From the NCBI RefSeq assembly GCF_009914755.1, contig NC_060933.1: DNA of 64,000 nucleotides; one strand, given 5' to 3'. Numbering within the stretch: the first letter of the stretch is position 1; each line of letters begins with the position of its first letter. The position numbers and the translations under genes are program-made. The DNA is from the human T2T-CHM13v2.0 reference genome, Homo sapiens. Below, piece after piece: positions 44,041 through 56,516 of this stretch. The notes under the pieces are model-generated. The model ran no database searches. It saw nothing but the letters and a program-made list of their open reading frames with translations, and was not told where the DNA came from.

Positions 44041-44183
44041 AAGAAAGAATTTATCCTTCAATCTCCAACCCATCCCCCAATTCCAGCCTAGTGTTCTCAT
44101 CCTACCTTTCAAATCTCTCTTTTTACCATCCCTTCCGTTCAGTACTTACTTGTCCTGTGTCTCTTTTTATCAGGGCTTCCCAT

Positions 44184-44716
44184 GCTACAGTGGATTGAAC
44201 AGTGCCCCTGGACCCTGACAAAAAAAAAAAAAAAAAGATATGTCCATGTCCTCACCTTTGGAACCTGTGAATGTAAACTTATTTTGAAAAAGATCTTTGC
44301 AGATATAATTCTTTGCTTCTTCGCAAAGAATTCTTTTACATCTTTGCAGATGTAAAAATCTCGAGATGAGTTTATCCTAGATTTGGGGTGGACCTTTAAT
44401 CTAATGCCAGGAGTCATAAGAGCAAGGCAGAAAGAAACTGGAGACACGGGGATAGAGAGGAAAATGAGATGTGAAGATGGAGACAGAGACTGAATCAATA
44501 CGTCTACAAGCCAAGCAACACTGAGGATTGGCAGCAGCCATTGGAAGCTAGGAGATAGGCAAGGAATGGATTGCCCTCAGAGCATCCACAAGGAACCAAC
44601 CCTGTTGACACCTTAGTTTTGGACTTCTGGCCTCCAAAACTATAACAGCATTTTTTAAATTGTTTGAAGCCTCCAAGTTCATGGTAATTCTTTTTTACAG
44701 AAGACCCAGAAAACTA
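44184..44716 (+). mobile_element. MLT1 (B/C-like) solo LTR
   Basis: tgctacagtggattgaac…atctttgcagat…ggaagctagga…ggacttctggcctcca…agaaaacta. Confidence 0.82.
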
Positions 44717-44719
44717 GTT

Positions 44720-45307
44720 GGCCATAGTGGGTCACACCTGTAATCCCAGCACTTTGGAAGTCCAAGGTGCGTGGATCACTTGAGGTTGGGAGTTCAAGAC
44801 CAGCCTGGTCAACATGGTGAAAACCCGTCTGTACTAAAACTACAAAAATTAGGTGTTGTGGCTGGTGCCTGTAATCTCAGCTACTAGGGGGGCTGAGGCA
44901 CGAAAATCACTTGAATCTGGGAGGCAGAGGTTGCTTGCAGTGAGCCAAGCTCATACCTGCCACTGCACTCTAGCTTGGGCAACAGAGTGAGACTCAGTCT
45001 CAAAAAAAAAAAAAAAAAGGCCAGATGCAGTGGCTCACGCCTGTAATCCCAGCACTTTGGGAGGCCGAGGCAGACAGATCACAAGATCGAGACCATCCTG
45101 GCTAACACGGTGAAACCCTGTCTCTACTAAAAATACAAAAAAAAATTAACTGGCGTGGTGGTGGGTGCCTGTAATCCCAGCTACTTGAGAGGCTGAGGCA
45201 GGAGAATGGTGTGAACCTGGGAGGAGGAGCTTTCAGTGAGCCGAGATGGCGCCACTGCACTCCAGCCTGGGCGACAGAGCGAGACTCCATCTCAAAAAAA
45301 AAAAAAA
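44720..45307 (+). mobile_element. Tandem Alus: AluS (44720-45018) with an AluY (45019-45307) in its poly-A tail
   Basis: The second element has atcctggctaacacggtg and gagaatggtgtgaacc AluY diagnostics. Confidence 0.93.
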
Positions 45308-46053
45308 TTGATACGCTGATACACTTGGTGATTGCATTGGCTATCTCTGGCCTTTAGTAATGACCAATTGACATTGCAATATTCTTAACAAGGGGGTGCT
45401 AGAGGTAAAAACCTAGAAAAAGGATTTCTTCATCTCAAGTGGCAAACCTTTGGTTTCAAAAGCATTGGTGGAAAAGATATTTTGGGGATGCGGTGGTGAT
45501 TTCAGCTGCACCCTTCAACTTACATTGAGTGGGCAACTGCCATTGATACTTACAAGAAAAGAAGGCAATGCAGAGACTAAAGCTGGCAATGCTCTGTAGG
45601 TCATCAGCATGGACAGCTCAGAGTCAGAACTTGATCTTACTTTATATTCATATTATTTAATAAAAGGTACATATTTTATATATGCCTTTAAAATAATTAG
45701 AATTTTTCCAATGGCTTTGCAATAACATTTGATGTCTGTGTGTAAGAGAATTATAGTCCTTACAGTCATGGGGCACAAGCATTCCCTGATGGCCTAATTT
45801 CACAAACAGCCTCTTACATCACTGCTGCATTCTTCCAGTGAGAATCAAATTATAGCATACATATGACAACTTAACATCATGTTCTCACATAGCAGTCTCT
45901 GGAAGCTAACTCAAACGCTTCTTTTAAGGGAGTTTAGTTTCTATTGAAGGCACTAGTGTGATTCCACCACATTTACTATACAGGTGAATTGGTTTCATAG
46001 AATCATTGAACTTCAGGACTCACACATTGAGTGCAGTTCCCCCCGGCCTCTAA

Positions 46054-46085
46054 ACGTGCGCGCGCATGCGCGCACACACACACAC
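46054..46085. repeat. Alternating purine-pyrimidine tract with GCGCGCATGCGCGC palindrome
   Basis: acgtgcgcgcgcatgcgcgcacacacacacac, 32 bp. Confidence 0.85.
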
Positions 46086-46440
46086 TGATATGGTTTGGAT
46101 TTGCGTCCCCACCCAAATCTCATGTCGAATTGTAATCGTCAGGGTTGGGGCCTGATTGATTCTTGGGGGCACACTTCCCCTTGCTGTTCTCATGACAGTG
46201 AGTGAGTTCTCATGAGATCTGGTTATCTAAAAGTGTGTAGCACCCCACACACACATCCTCCTGGTCCAGCCATGAAGGATGTGCCAACTTTCCCTTCACC
46301 TTCCACCACGATTGTAAGTTACCCGAGCCCTCTCCAGCTATGCTTCCTATACCACCTGTGGAACCGTGAGCCAATTAAACCTCTTTTCAATTACCCAGTC
46401 TCAGTAGTTCTTTATTACAATGCCAGAATAGACTAACACA
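46086..46440 (+). mobile_element. MST/THE1-type MaLR solo LTR
   Basis: tgatatggtttggat…cccaaatctcatgtcgaattgtaatc…gagccaattaaacctctt…gactaacaca. Confidence 0.88.
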
Positions 46441-47666
46441 CATGTACTCATTCTATTCATGTGAAAACTGAGGCTTGTCTAAGAGCATTCAGTTATCTAG
46501 AGGCAAAGGGGCTATTCCTATGCTTTTATCAAGTAGAAGACTATCACTCTTTCACATGGGAATTTCTTGAGTAGCTCCTTTGTAAATCCTTGGCGAAAAG
46601 ATCTACCAGGAGTGATTAGGGAAAATGAAGCAGGAATCTAGTTGGCTAGATAAGCCAATCAAGCTGTGGAGTAGAAAATGACAGAAAATGCATAGCCCTG
46701 TGGCAAAGCAGGACTTAGAATTCTGGAGACCTTAACCCCCAAATTCATGCTATTTTCATTATGCCAGCTGACTCCCCCCATTGATCATTTCTGATAGAAT
46801 CACAGCTTCTTAGAACTAGATGACTCAGTGGTCCAAATCTTTATTCCACTGCAACAGAAGCAACACAACCACATTAAAAGAGTGGTTTACTAGCTACCAG
46901 GGTAGCAGTACCAACAAGGTCAGGAAGATCCCCACCCGTGGGCTTAAATGGAGTATATGGTATGATGATGGAAAATTAGATAAAGGACTCCTGGAGATTC
47001 TAATCACTCTCTCCCCTTCCCTCTCTGTGTGTCACCAAGTTCCCTGCAGATCAACAATGTATGCCAAAACAATTAGTTAAAAGGTTTTTATAAATAACAA
47101 TTTTCCAAAGTGCAGAGACTCCTTGGAATTATTGCATAATTATGCTAAATCCCTGCAAAATTTGCTTGCCCTTAATGGACCATACTGACCTGGCTGAGTA
47201 TGAAATATGCCCAAATATACCTGAAATTTCTTTTAACCTCTAAATGAGCTATAGAAAAGAAAAACTAGAGATAGCAACAGGTACTATGAATCATCAGTAT
47301 TAGAATATACAAATTACAACTAGCACATATTACTGTTTTAAGCATCAGTATGGATTTTGAGGTGAAAATAATGGGTCCTCATATACTGTTAGGACTGGAG
47401 ATTTGTGCACACTTTCCAGTAGTATGCTAAATGTTTAATAGTCAGCTCTCCATAGAAGAGGGGGAAAGCTCTAATTTGTTTCAGAGTTCCAGCACACCAC
47501 TGACACTTTCTAAATATATATATATAAAAGGTGTTTACAATGTGCCTGCCATCTGACTCAGAAAACCTACCCTTAGGAATGTATTAGCAAAAAATAGTCA
47601 AAGAAGTGTGAAAAGATGCATATGCAAGAATATTTGCCACAGGTTGTTTATGATATCAAAAATTTG

Positions 47667-48045
<379 letters not shown>

Positions 48046-48386
48046 TTATAAACTCTATAATTTTACCTTTCCCAGAATGTCACATAGTTAGAATCATACA
48101 GTACGTATCCTATTCAGACTGGCTTCTTTCACTTAGCAATATGTATTTAAGGTTCCTGTATGTCTTTTCATGGCTTAATAGTTCATTTTTTTTATCGCTG
48201 AATAGTGGACTCGTATTTAAAATTCTTTGAATCTCTTTTTCTCATTTGTAGTAGGAGTAATAGTGCCACCTTCAAGGATTGTCATGAATGTTTGATGAGA
48301 TAATATATATATATATAAAGTTTCCAGCACATAGCATGTAGTTAATAAACATCAGCTCCTTCCCTCAATAATTTGGATATGAACAA

Positions 48387-48856
48387 TGTGGCAGGCTGAA
48401 TAGTGACCCCCCAAAAGATGTCAACATATCAATCCCTGTGAATGTGTTTCTTGCATGGAAGATGGGAATCGCAGATGTGATTAAGTCAAGAATCATGAGA
48501 GGTGAGATTATCCTGTATTATCAGATGAACCCAGTGTAATCACAAGAGTCCTTATAAGACGGAGATGTGAAGGTTAGAGTCATAGAAGGTGATGTGATGA
48601 CAGAAGCGGAAGTCAGAGCAATGTGGCCATGAGCAAGGAATGTGGGAAAGTCTTCTAATGCTGGGAAAGGCAGGGGATGGATGGATTCTCCCCTAGAGCC
48701 TCCAAAAGGAGCACATCTTGGCTGACACTTTGATTTTAGCCTTGTAAAACCTCCATCAGACTTCTGACCTCCAGAAATGAAAGATAACAAATGTGTATTG
48801 TTTTAAGCCACTGAGTTTGTTCCAATTTATTCCAGCAGCAATAGGAAGCAAATACA
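48387..48856 (+). mobile_element. MLT1 (C/D-like) solo LTR
   Basis: tgtggcaggctgaatagtgacccc…gattctcccctagagcctcca…gcagcaataggaagcaaataca. Confidence 0.85.
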
Positions 48857-48859
48857 GGT

Positions 48860-49383
48860 GATTAACCTCAACATTCTCTTTCACTCCCTTCCAGTGTGCC
48901 TCCCCACATAGAGAGTCTAGAAATAAAAAAACTACATTTCCTGGAATCTCTTGCAGCTAGGGTTCTGATCACCTACTTATCCCCACTTGGATGCACTTGT
49001 GCAAGGTTTGGAAAGTGGAAGTGAGGCAGAGATAATTTTCCTGTTGCTTTTGGCTGAATTTCACTAGAAAATATGGTAGTGCAGATATATTTCTGCAGCA
49101 GCATTCCAGCAGGGTACTTGTAATTCCCAGCTTCATGGGAGTCAAGATGCATCTGTGAGGAAAAAATGGCAGATTCCTGATCCTATAGCAACTTTCTGAC
49201 TCCCCACCTTCATGGAAGAGGTAGTTGTTCCCCTAGGTGGTAAGCTCTCAAGTGTCCTGGGAGTCTCCCAAAAACCATCTCTTCCACCAGCACTTCCATG
49301 CAGCTAATTCTTTGTATTAAACATTTCTGCTTAAAATAACTAGAGTTGCTTCCCTTTGCTGCAACTGAACCCTGACTGATACA
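48860..49383 (+). mobile_element. ERVL-type LTR relic (LTR16/LTR33-like)
   Basis: aaaactacatttcctggaatctcttgcagctagg…tgcaactgaaccctgactgataca. Confidence 0.55.
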
Positions 49384-49669
49384 GTCTCCATTTGCACACC
49401 ACCCCAGGGGAGGCAGAAGATGTCAGCTGGGAAATCTGGATATTCTGAGATAGCATACATCAACTGGGAGGCGACTCTTAACAACTCCACTGCTGTGTCT
49501 CACAACACACCAGGGTTTCCTGCCAATCATTGTATTATATCCTCTACTCACTTTTCTTTAACCAGGCCCTCTCAGTTTTGAGTTTTCCTCTTAACTGGGT
49601 CAAAATGGGATTACAATTTTGGTGCATTCAGGAAGTAAGGATTGCTTTTTAAAAAAACTTAAAGATATT

Positions 49670-49800
49670 CTTAGCTCCTTGGGAGGCTGAGGTCAGAGAA
49701 TTGCTTGAGCCCAGGATTTCGAGGCTGCAATGAACCATGATTACGCCACTGTACTCCAGCCTAGGCAACAGAGCAAGTCCCTGTCTCTGAAAGAAAAAAT
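49670..49800 (+). mobile_element. Alu right-arm monomer/fragment
   Basis: Right-arm sequence only. Confidence 0.8.
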
Positions 49801-50460
49801 AAAATTGTAAAGACACAGTAGTGAGTTGACTCCAATCTCCCTCCCCTGCTGCAACACTCATTGCAATGGTTCCTATACCTACCACAATGCGCCACCCTTG
49901 AATGAAGTCTGCCTTGCCATTAAAAAAAAAAATAGAGACATTGTATAACATAATGTCTTTTAGCCTTATGAAAACAATTTTTTAAATTACCCACACTAAA
50001 GAAGAAATAGGTGATTGGCAGACTCCAGAAACAAAGGACATTTATTGCTGTTCTCATGAAGAAAGATGAATGTTTAAAAGGTTAGAAAAGGTCTTAGCAA
50101 TTTATTTATATTGATTTGGATGAGTGATTCTGAAAGACAATGTTTTCTCTATGACTCTTCAACCATGTGAATGTTCCTTAAAATGCATGGCAACCACCCT
50201 GTCAACACAGTTTTCCAAATTTCCCAGAAATTATTTTAAAATTTTTAATATGCTTAATCCACATCTCACACTAAAAACAAACAACCTCCACCCTCCCCCC
50301 TCCCCGCAAAAAAAGGCTTGTTAGAATTTCCAATTATGCTACAGGAGAATAAGTGCTAGGGAAATCATGGCCACTGGAATTAATACATTTAGTTAAAGTG
50401 ATTTGGGAACTCAGCTCCATAAAACTTAGGTTATCTTTGTAGAGCTCCATCCTGCTCTGA

Positions 50461-50813
<353 letters not shown>

Positions 50814-50814
50814 C

Positions 50815-51152
50815 ACAGAACTTGGCAATATTTTTCTAAGCAGAGCCAGACAGGAAATGCTTTAGGCCCTTTCGGGACAGAGGAGCTCTGTCACAACAAT
50901 TCAGTTCTAGTTCTACCCTTGTATGACCAAAGCAGTGAAATCATCACAAGTGTATGTGGCTGTGCTCCAAGAAAACTTATGTGTGAATAGTGAAATTTGG
51001 ATTTTGTACAGTTTTGCAAGTCACAAAATATTATTTTTCTTTTCACTTTTACTCAACCATTTAAAAATGTAAGCATCATTCTTAGTCACAGGCCACACAA
51101 AAACAGGCAGCAGTTGGATTTGGCTCACAGACCATAGTTTGCCAACCGCTGC
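50815..51152. mobile_element. MER58-type hAT-Charlie MITE
   Basis: ttggcaatatttt…ggatttggctcacagaccatagtttgccaaccgctg terminal motifs. Confidence 0.75.
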
Positions 51153-53247
51153 TGTAAGCCTGGCCCTGTCCCTTCCAACTTACCCCAAAATTCTCATTCT
51201 GATAAAGATTGGTTTACAGAGCCAGGATGGAGATGTTGCCTCCTAAAGTTCAGTATTTCCTGGGAGAGGAGAAACAATTTTATTTTGTCTTTTTTACCTG
51301 GTGCTCAGCCCTTCCCAGTCTAGCTGCCACTTACCCTTCCCACTCCAATTCTTTGTCCTTCTACACCCAAACCAGCTTACAGATCTCACCTAACCTTTCT
51401 CTAGTCACATCAGATTACTTGCCTTTCCCTAGAAAAGTCAGACAGTTGTAAACTTCCACGATTTTGTTCACGCCCTCCAACTAGCACAGCCTCTCCCACG
51501 TCTCTACCTAGATTTTTGCTCATTCCTCAGCTCAGTGTCATTTTTTCTTTCCCCAGGAAAGTGAGGTGAGGGCAATGGACCGCACACAGGCAACATGCAC
51601 AGAATCGAGTGAGTGAATGCGCAGACCTGGGCCTCCTGGCTGGGAGGAAAAGGGTTTTGGAGAGCCATGGGGTAGTATAGGGTACTCCATCCACCAAGCA
51701 ATAATGACAAATTTGGAGGCTGAAGAGAGGGGACTGAAGACAAACAGCTTGCTTCTGAATGTTGCCAAAGGCTGCCCTGTCCAGAATGGCAGTCATTGGT
51801 CTCAGCAAGCACAGTGGTTCTCTGATGCTACTGGGGCAGCAGTCAACAGCTCAGGCTTTCCTTGGCACATCCACGACCATGTCACCACTGCAATGTCATG
51901 GGAAATCCTAACAGAGCTAGCCTTTAACATTTTTCATAAAAATCCCAATTTCTTTTCCTGTTTCTTTTTATTAATAGAAAGGTGAAATAAACCTTGAGCC
52001 CATAAAGAGTTTGCTGATAATTAAAGAAGCTCAAGAAGGTAAAAGAAATGGAAAGATTGAATTTTAGGAAGGAGAGTGGAAGGGCGAATTGCAAATAAAT
52101 GACAATGTTGTCATCTTTCTAAATTTTCTGAAGATGAAAAGCCACATGATTTAATCACAAAAAGAAATGAGTCATGGCTTTGCTATGACTTACGTCAACA
52201 TAAGCCATCTTTATCTGACCACTTTGATAATTAAAAAGCAAAATTCTGTAATACTAAAGTTTTAAGTGGACAAGATAGTTTTCAATTCTAACCGTATACA
52301 AATGTCAACTTTTTACTTTTACCCATAGTTTGCTAATGTTTCCAAAACACGAAGACCAAACAGGGCCTAGACTTGTGAACGATGCTCCAATCCTGTTCTC
52401 TTTATTCTAATTTTACCCATATTCTCTTCACAAAATGCCTGCTGAGCTATACCAGCTCCTAGTTCCTTGCATTTTTCTCTTATGAATTCTTGGAGATTAT
52501 GACAAGATAATGAGACAACTTCAGAAAGTTTTACATTCATTTTCTGCTTAGATAATATTGTAGCCTGTACTGATAAAAATTTTCAGCCAAGAATTTCTGA
52601 TATAAATCTAATAGTTTGGCCATTAGTGGTTATTAGTGTCACATCTAAGAAAAATTCTGGTTGGTGTTATTTATTAAAAGCAATCAAAATGTGCCATTAT
52701 GGTCCTAATTATAATATTTACTTGGATGGTCTTATTTCTCTGCAAGAAAAAATAATGCCAGGCAGCTGCTAGAACTTCTACACTAAGCATGTAAGAAACA
52801 GGGAGCCTCAGTAGAGTGGAATGATGTCCTTGAAGAGAGTTACCCCTTACACTTATAGAATGTTTTGTTGATAATAGTCATAAAACCTTAGTAATCGAAG
52901 CATTGCACTTTCAAAGACACGCATAAGGTTAAATGAGACAAAACAAAAACTAAAAGAACTTCTGTCCCTGAAAAGATGCTGGAATACCACAAGTTGCTGG
53001 CCCCACCTCTACCCCCAGGTCAAGTATTGAACAAGTAATTGAGCAGGTTTACCCTACTAGTTTCAGTTCTATTTTATTTGTTTTTGTCTTTAAAAAAAAT
53101 TAGGACTTTCCTTATTCTCCTTTGAGCTTAGCAACAAAATTCAAAGAGTGTTTACTCTAACTTATCCATTATTTGGGTATTTTCTAGTGGGAGGGCATTT
53201 CAACATATCTAGTCTTGATAAGCTCATGGAAATAGGAAATCTCATAA

Positions 53248-53700
<453 letters not shown>

Positions 53701-55384
53701 CAACAAATCCCTATTTAGGTTTACTTGATGATTTTTACAATAAAACCTGTGATAAATGCTTGTGGGGTTTTTTGTTTGTTTGTTTGTTTATGTTTTACAT
53801 TAATTTTTATTTTTATTTTTTTACTAAAGTAATGCGTGTACTTTGTTTTAAACATCAAGTGGTGAATTTTCTAGATAAAGATAGGAAGATAAAAGAGAGA
53901 GACAGACATGCCAGGAAAATCCTGAAATCCCAAAATCAACAACTGTGCTGAGGTGCCCACCTGCCCTGAAGCCACCAGGAAGCCTCTGTTCCCATCCAGG
54001 AGCCACCAAGACACAACAAGCGTGGCAGGAAGCGGAAGCTCAGGACCTCGTCTTCATCTTTGGGGCTGTATGTTTCATTGTCCACCAGAAAGACCTCTTC
54101 CAGTCCCTCCGCTGAAGAAACTTTTGCTCGAATAAATATTTCTATCCAGTTTCGGCAACTTTGATTCTCACACAAACACAACCTCTGAAGAGGATGACCT
54201 CCACTTTTTGTAATCAATGACATTTACCTTTCTCAATTACCACTGTCTCTTCAAATAGGAAAGCGAGGTTCTCTGTGCCATGATGTGGGTTGAGGTTTGA
54301 CATATCCCAGGAATTTGGGCTGTGGGAAGGAAGGAGCCAGCTTAGCTGAGTGCTTGCTATGGCCAGGCACACGGAGGGAAGTGAGAGGGGCTATGTGTTC
54401 CTACCACCTTCCAGGATCCTTTATTTCAATCTGCTAAAATGACTTATTTTTTGAAATACATAATAATTTCATAAAGTAGTCAGTGGGGAAAAATAAGAAA
54501 ACCTTCTATACAAATATTCAGCAACTTTTGAAAATGAAAAAAATCAAGTAATGACCCACCCACAGAAACTATCCCAGCCATCCCTTCCCCCATTCTCACA
54601 TCTCACTCTTTGTGCAACTGTGGAGGCCCTCACAGAGCCAAATGCCCCCACTAAGCTTTCAGGAAGGGCAAGAGCCAAGTAGCTTCACATATCACAACTG
54701 CAGACACTGGAAGTTTGGGAGTACTTGAGTCTGAGTTCAGAAGCTGGGGAGCAGTCTCTGACCTGAATCTCCTAGTGGGGAATGGTAGGTGTCGTTCCCC
54801 AGGATCCTGATTTTTTATCGATGAAGTCTGGGGATTTGGGGCCTGCTTCTCACCTCTTGACTTAGTATTAATGTAAAAGGACAGCAGTCCACCCTGCCCT
54901 TTCTCTACCCTTGTGCATACTCTAGAACAGTAGGAACATAGACATTCCAGTGCTGTGGGTGTATTGGTGTGGAGCTGTCAGGGAAGTGGCTCTGGGCCTT
55001 GTTCATCTCCTTCCCCCCAAATAAAGGTGTTCATCAGTGACCTACCTTCCTTTCTGTTTCAACCCCAGTAACCCTGCAAACATCTCAGTGGGTGATGCAG
55101 GTGGATGAATGTATGTGCAGGAACCTCAACTACCTCCTGCTGGGCACTGTAGACCTATGTGAGGTGGGGAGGGTGAAGAGTCCCCTTTCTCATCTCTTGC
55201 TTCCCCCAACAGGTGGATTCTGGAGTGTGGGGTTGGAGGCAGAGGAAAGGTCTCACCAGACCTAAGGTCTTACCAGAGCTAAGAGGAAAAGGAGGACATT
55301 CCATTTTCAAGCTTGAACAAGACATCTTTATAGATCTCCAAGTGGCACTCTGGTCACTCTTCAGCTTCAAGATGAGAATTACAT

Positions 55385-56516
55385 TCAAAGCCAAGAATAG
55401 AAAAATTGCCTTGTCTTACTCTGCTCAGGGTTCCACAAAAAAAGCCATAGACTGGATAGCTTAAACAACAGGAATTATTGCCTCACAGTTCTGAAGCCTG
55501 GAAGTTTGAGATCAGAGTGCCAGCACGGTCGGTTCCTGTTGAGGGCTCTCTTTCTAGCTTACAGATGGCCACCTTCTTGCTATGTTCTCACATGACGTTT
55601 GTAGTATTAATTTGTCTGGGAGCAAATTTTGAACTGGGCCATGAGGTTTCCCTACCAGTGGGAATCTTCTCAAGGGAATGCTCCTCACAGAGTCATTCTT
55701 GATGATTTCATGCAAGACAAAGGGATCACCTGCCCTTCCATGGTGGAAGTGCTCATGGTGCAGCCACACAGAGCCTGGAGAAAAATGGGACAGAGAGTGA
55801 CAGAAAGCTTGATAGGTGCTTGAGTGGGAAAAAAAAAAAAAAAAAAAAAAGGAAAAGGGATGGAAAGGAGAAAGAATGAAGCAGATGGAAAGGAACAGGA
55901 ATGTTCCCATCATACTTAATCATGGCTCCCAAACACACACAACCCAATCCAAGCCCCAGGACTTTTTGCCTGATCAGGTTAACATGGAACACTTTGGTGC
56001 CATTCCAACAGAAGTGTGAATAGGTTTATCTTTGAACACAAAGTGATATCTGCATAGGTGTTGTCAGACAAGGCAATGCCCTGCTTAGGGAAGCCATGCT
56101 GGATGACAATATCCTCTCGATCCCAACAGTTTTCCCATCAGGGTTGGGTCACCACTTTGTGACCTTCGTGCACTTGGAGGAGCCATGATAGATTTATTCC
56201 AGAGATACCTGCACCATTTGAACCACAGGTCAGTCCTGACCCTTCTGCCAAGAAAACAGAGGTCCTGGTACTCGCTGTGGATCTCCACCTAGCTCATTGA
56301 GGAAGCATGGCCAAAGGCACCAATAGTTCCTCATTCTTATCCATATCCATGTCATCTGGAACAAAGCTGTTGAAGGGCTAAATGAGCTGACCATTCATGA
56401 AGAAGATTTTGAAGGGGCTGATGCCCCTAATGAACAAGGCAAAGGTGGAATCCACATGAATATGTAATGAAAGAAGCCACTGAAGCCATCTGATGTACAA
56501 ACGCTGCTCTCTACAC
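55385..56516 (-). pseudogene. Intron-retaining DNAJB5-like (class B Hsp40) pseudogene: G/F-rich region plus C-terminal domain; J-domain exon not found
   Basis: Manual minus-strand translation across frameshifts gives GVESSVCTSDGFSGFFHYIF / STFALFIRGISPFKIFF..*PFNSFVPDDMDMDKNEE / GAFGH / NELGGDPQRVPGPLFSWQKGQD*PVVQMVQVSLE*IYHGSSKCTKVTKW*PNPDGKTV / DIVIQHGFPKQGIALSDNTYADI / KDKP / GTKVFHVNLIRQK [intron] ALCGCTMSTSTMEGQVIPLSC / EIIK / LMAQFKI / PDKLILQT. These blocks are colinear with DNAJB5 as recalled (GLKTGGGTSGGSSGSFHYTF...PFSGFDPDDMDVDEDE...QDPPVVHELRVSLEEIYHGSTKRMKITRRRLNPDGRTV...FPKEGDATPDNIPADI...ALCGCTVNIPTIDGRVIPLPC...PDRLTPQT). Multiple stops and frameshifts. Confidence 0.88.
55412..55596 (-). 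mobile_element. MLT1 LTR 3' fragment inside the last exon of the DNAJB5-like pseudogene
   Basis: The reverse complement ends …ctgagcagagtaagaca and resembles the 3' half of the MLT1 at 34401-34767. Confidence 0.78.

Noticed and set aside
55554-56288. ORF-track ORFs over the pseudogene (119, 79, 67 aa and others)
   Set aside because: They are off-frame or partial read-throughs of a disrupted gene, its intron and an LTR, not coding genes.
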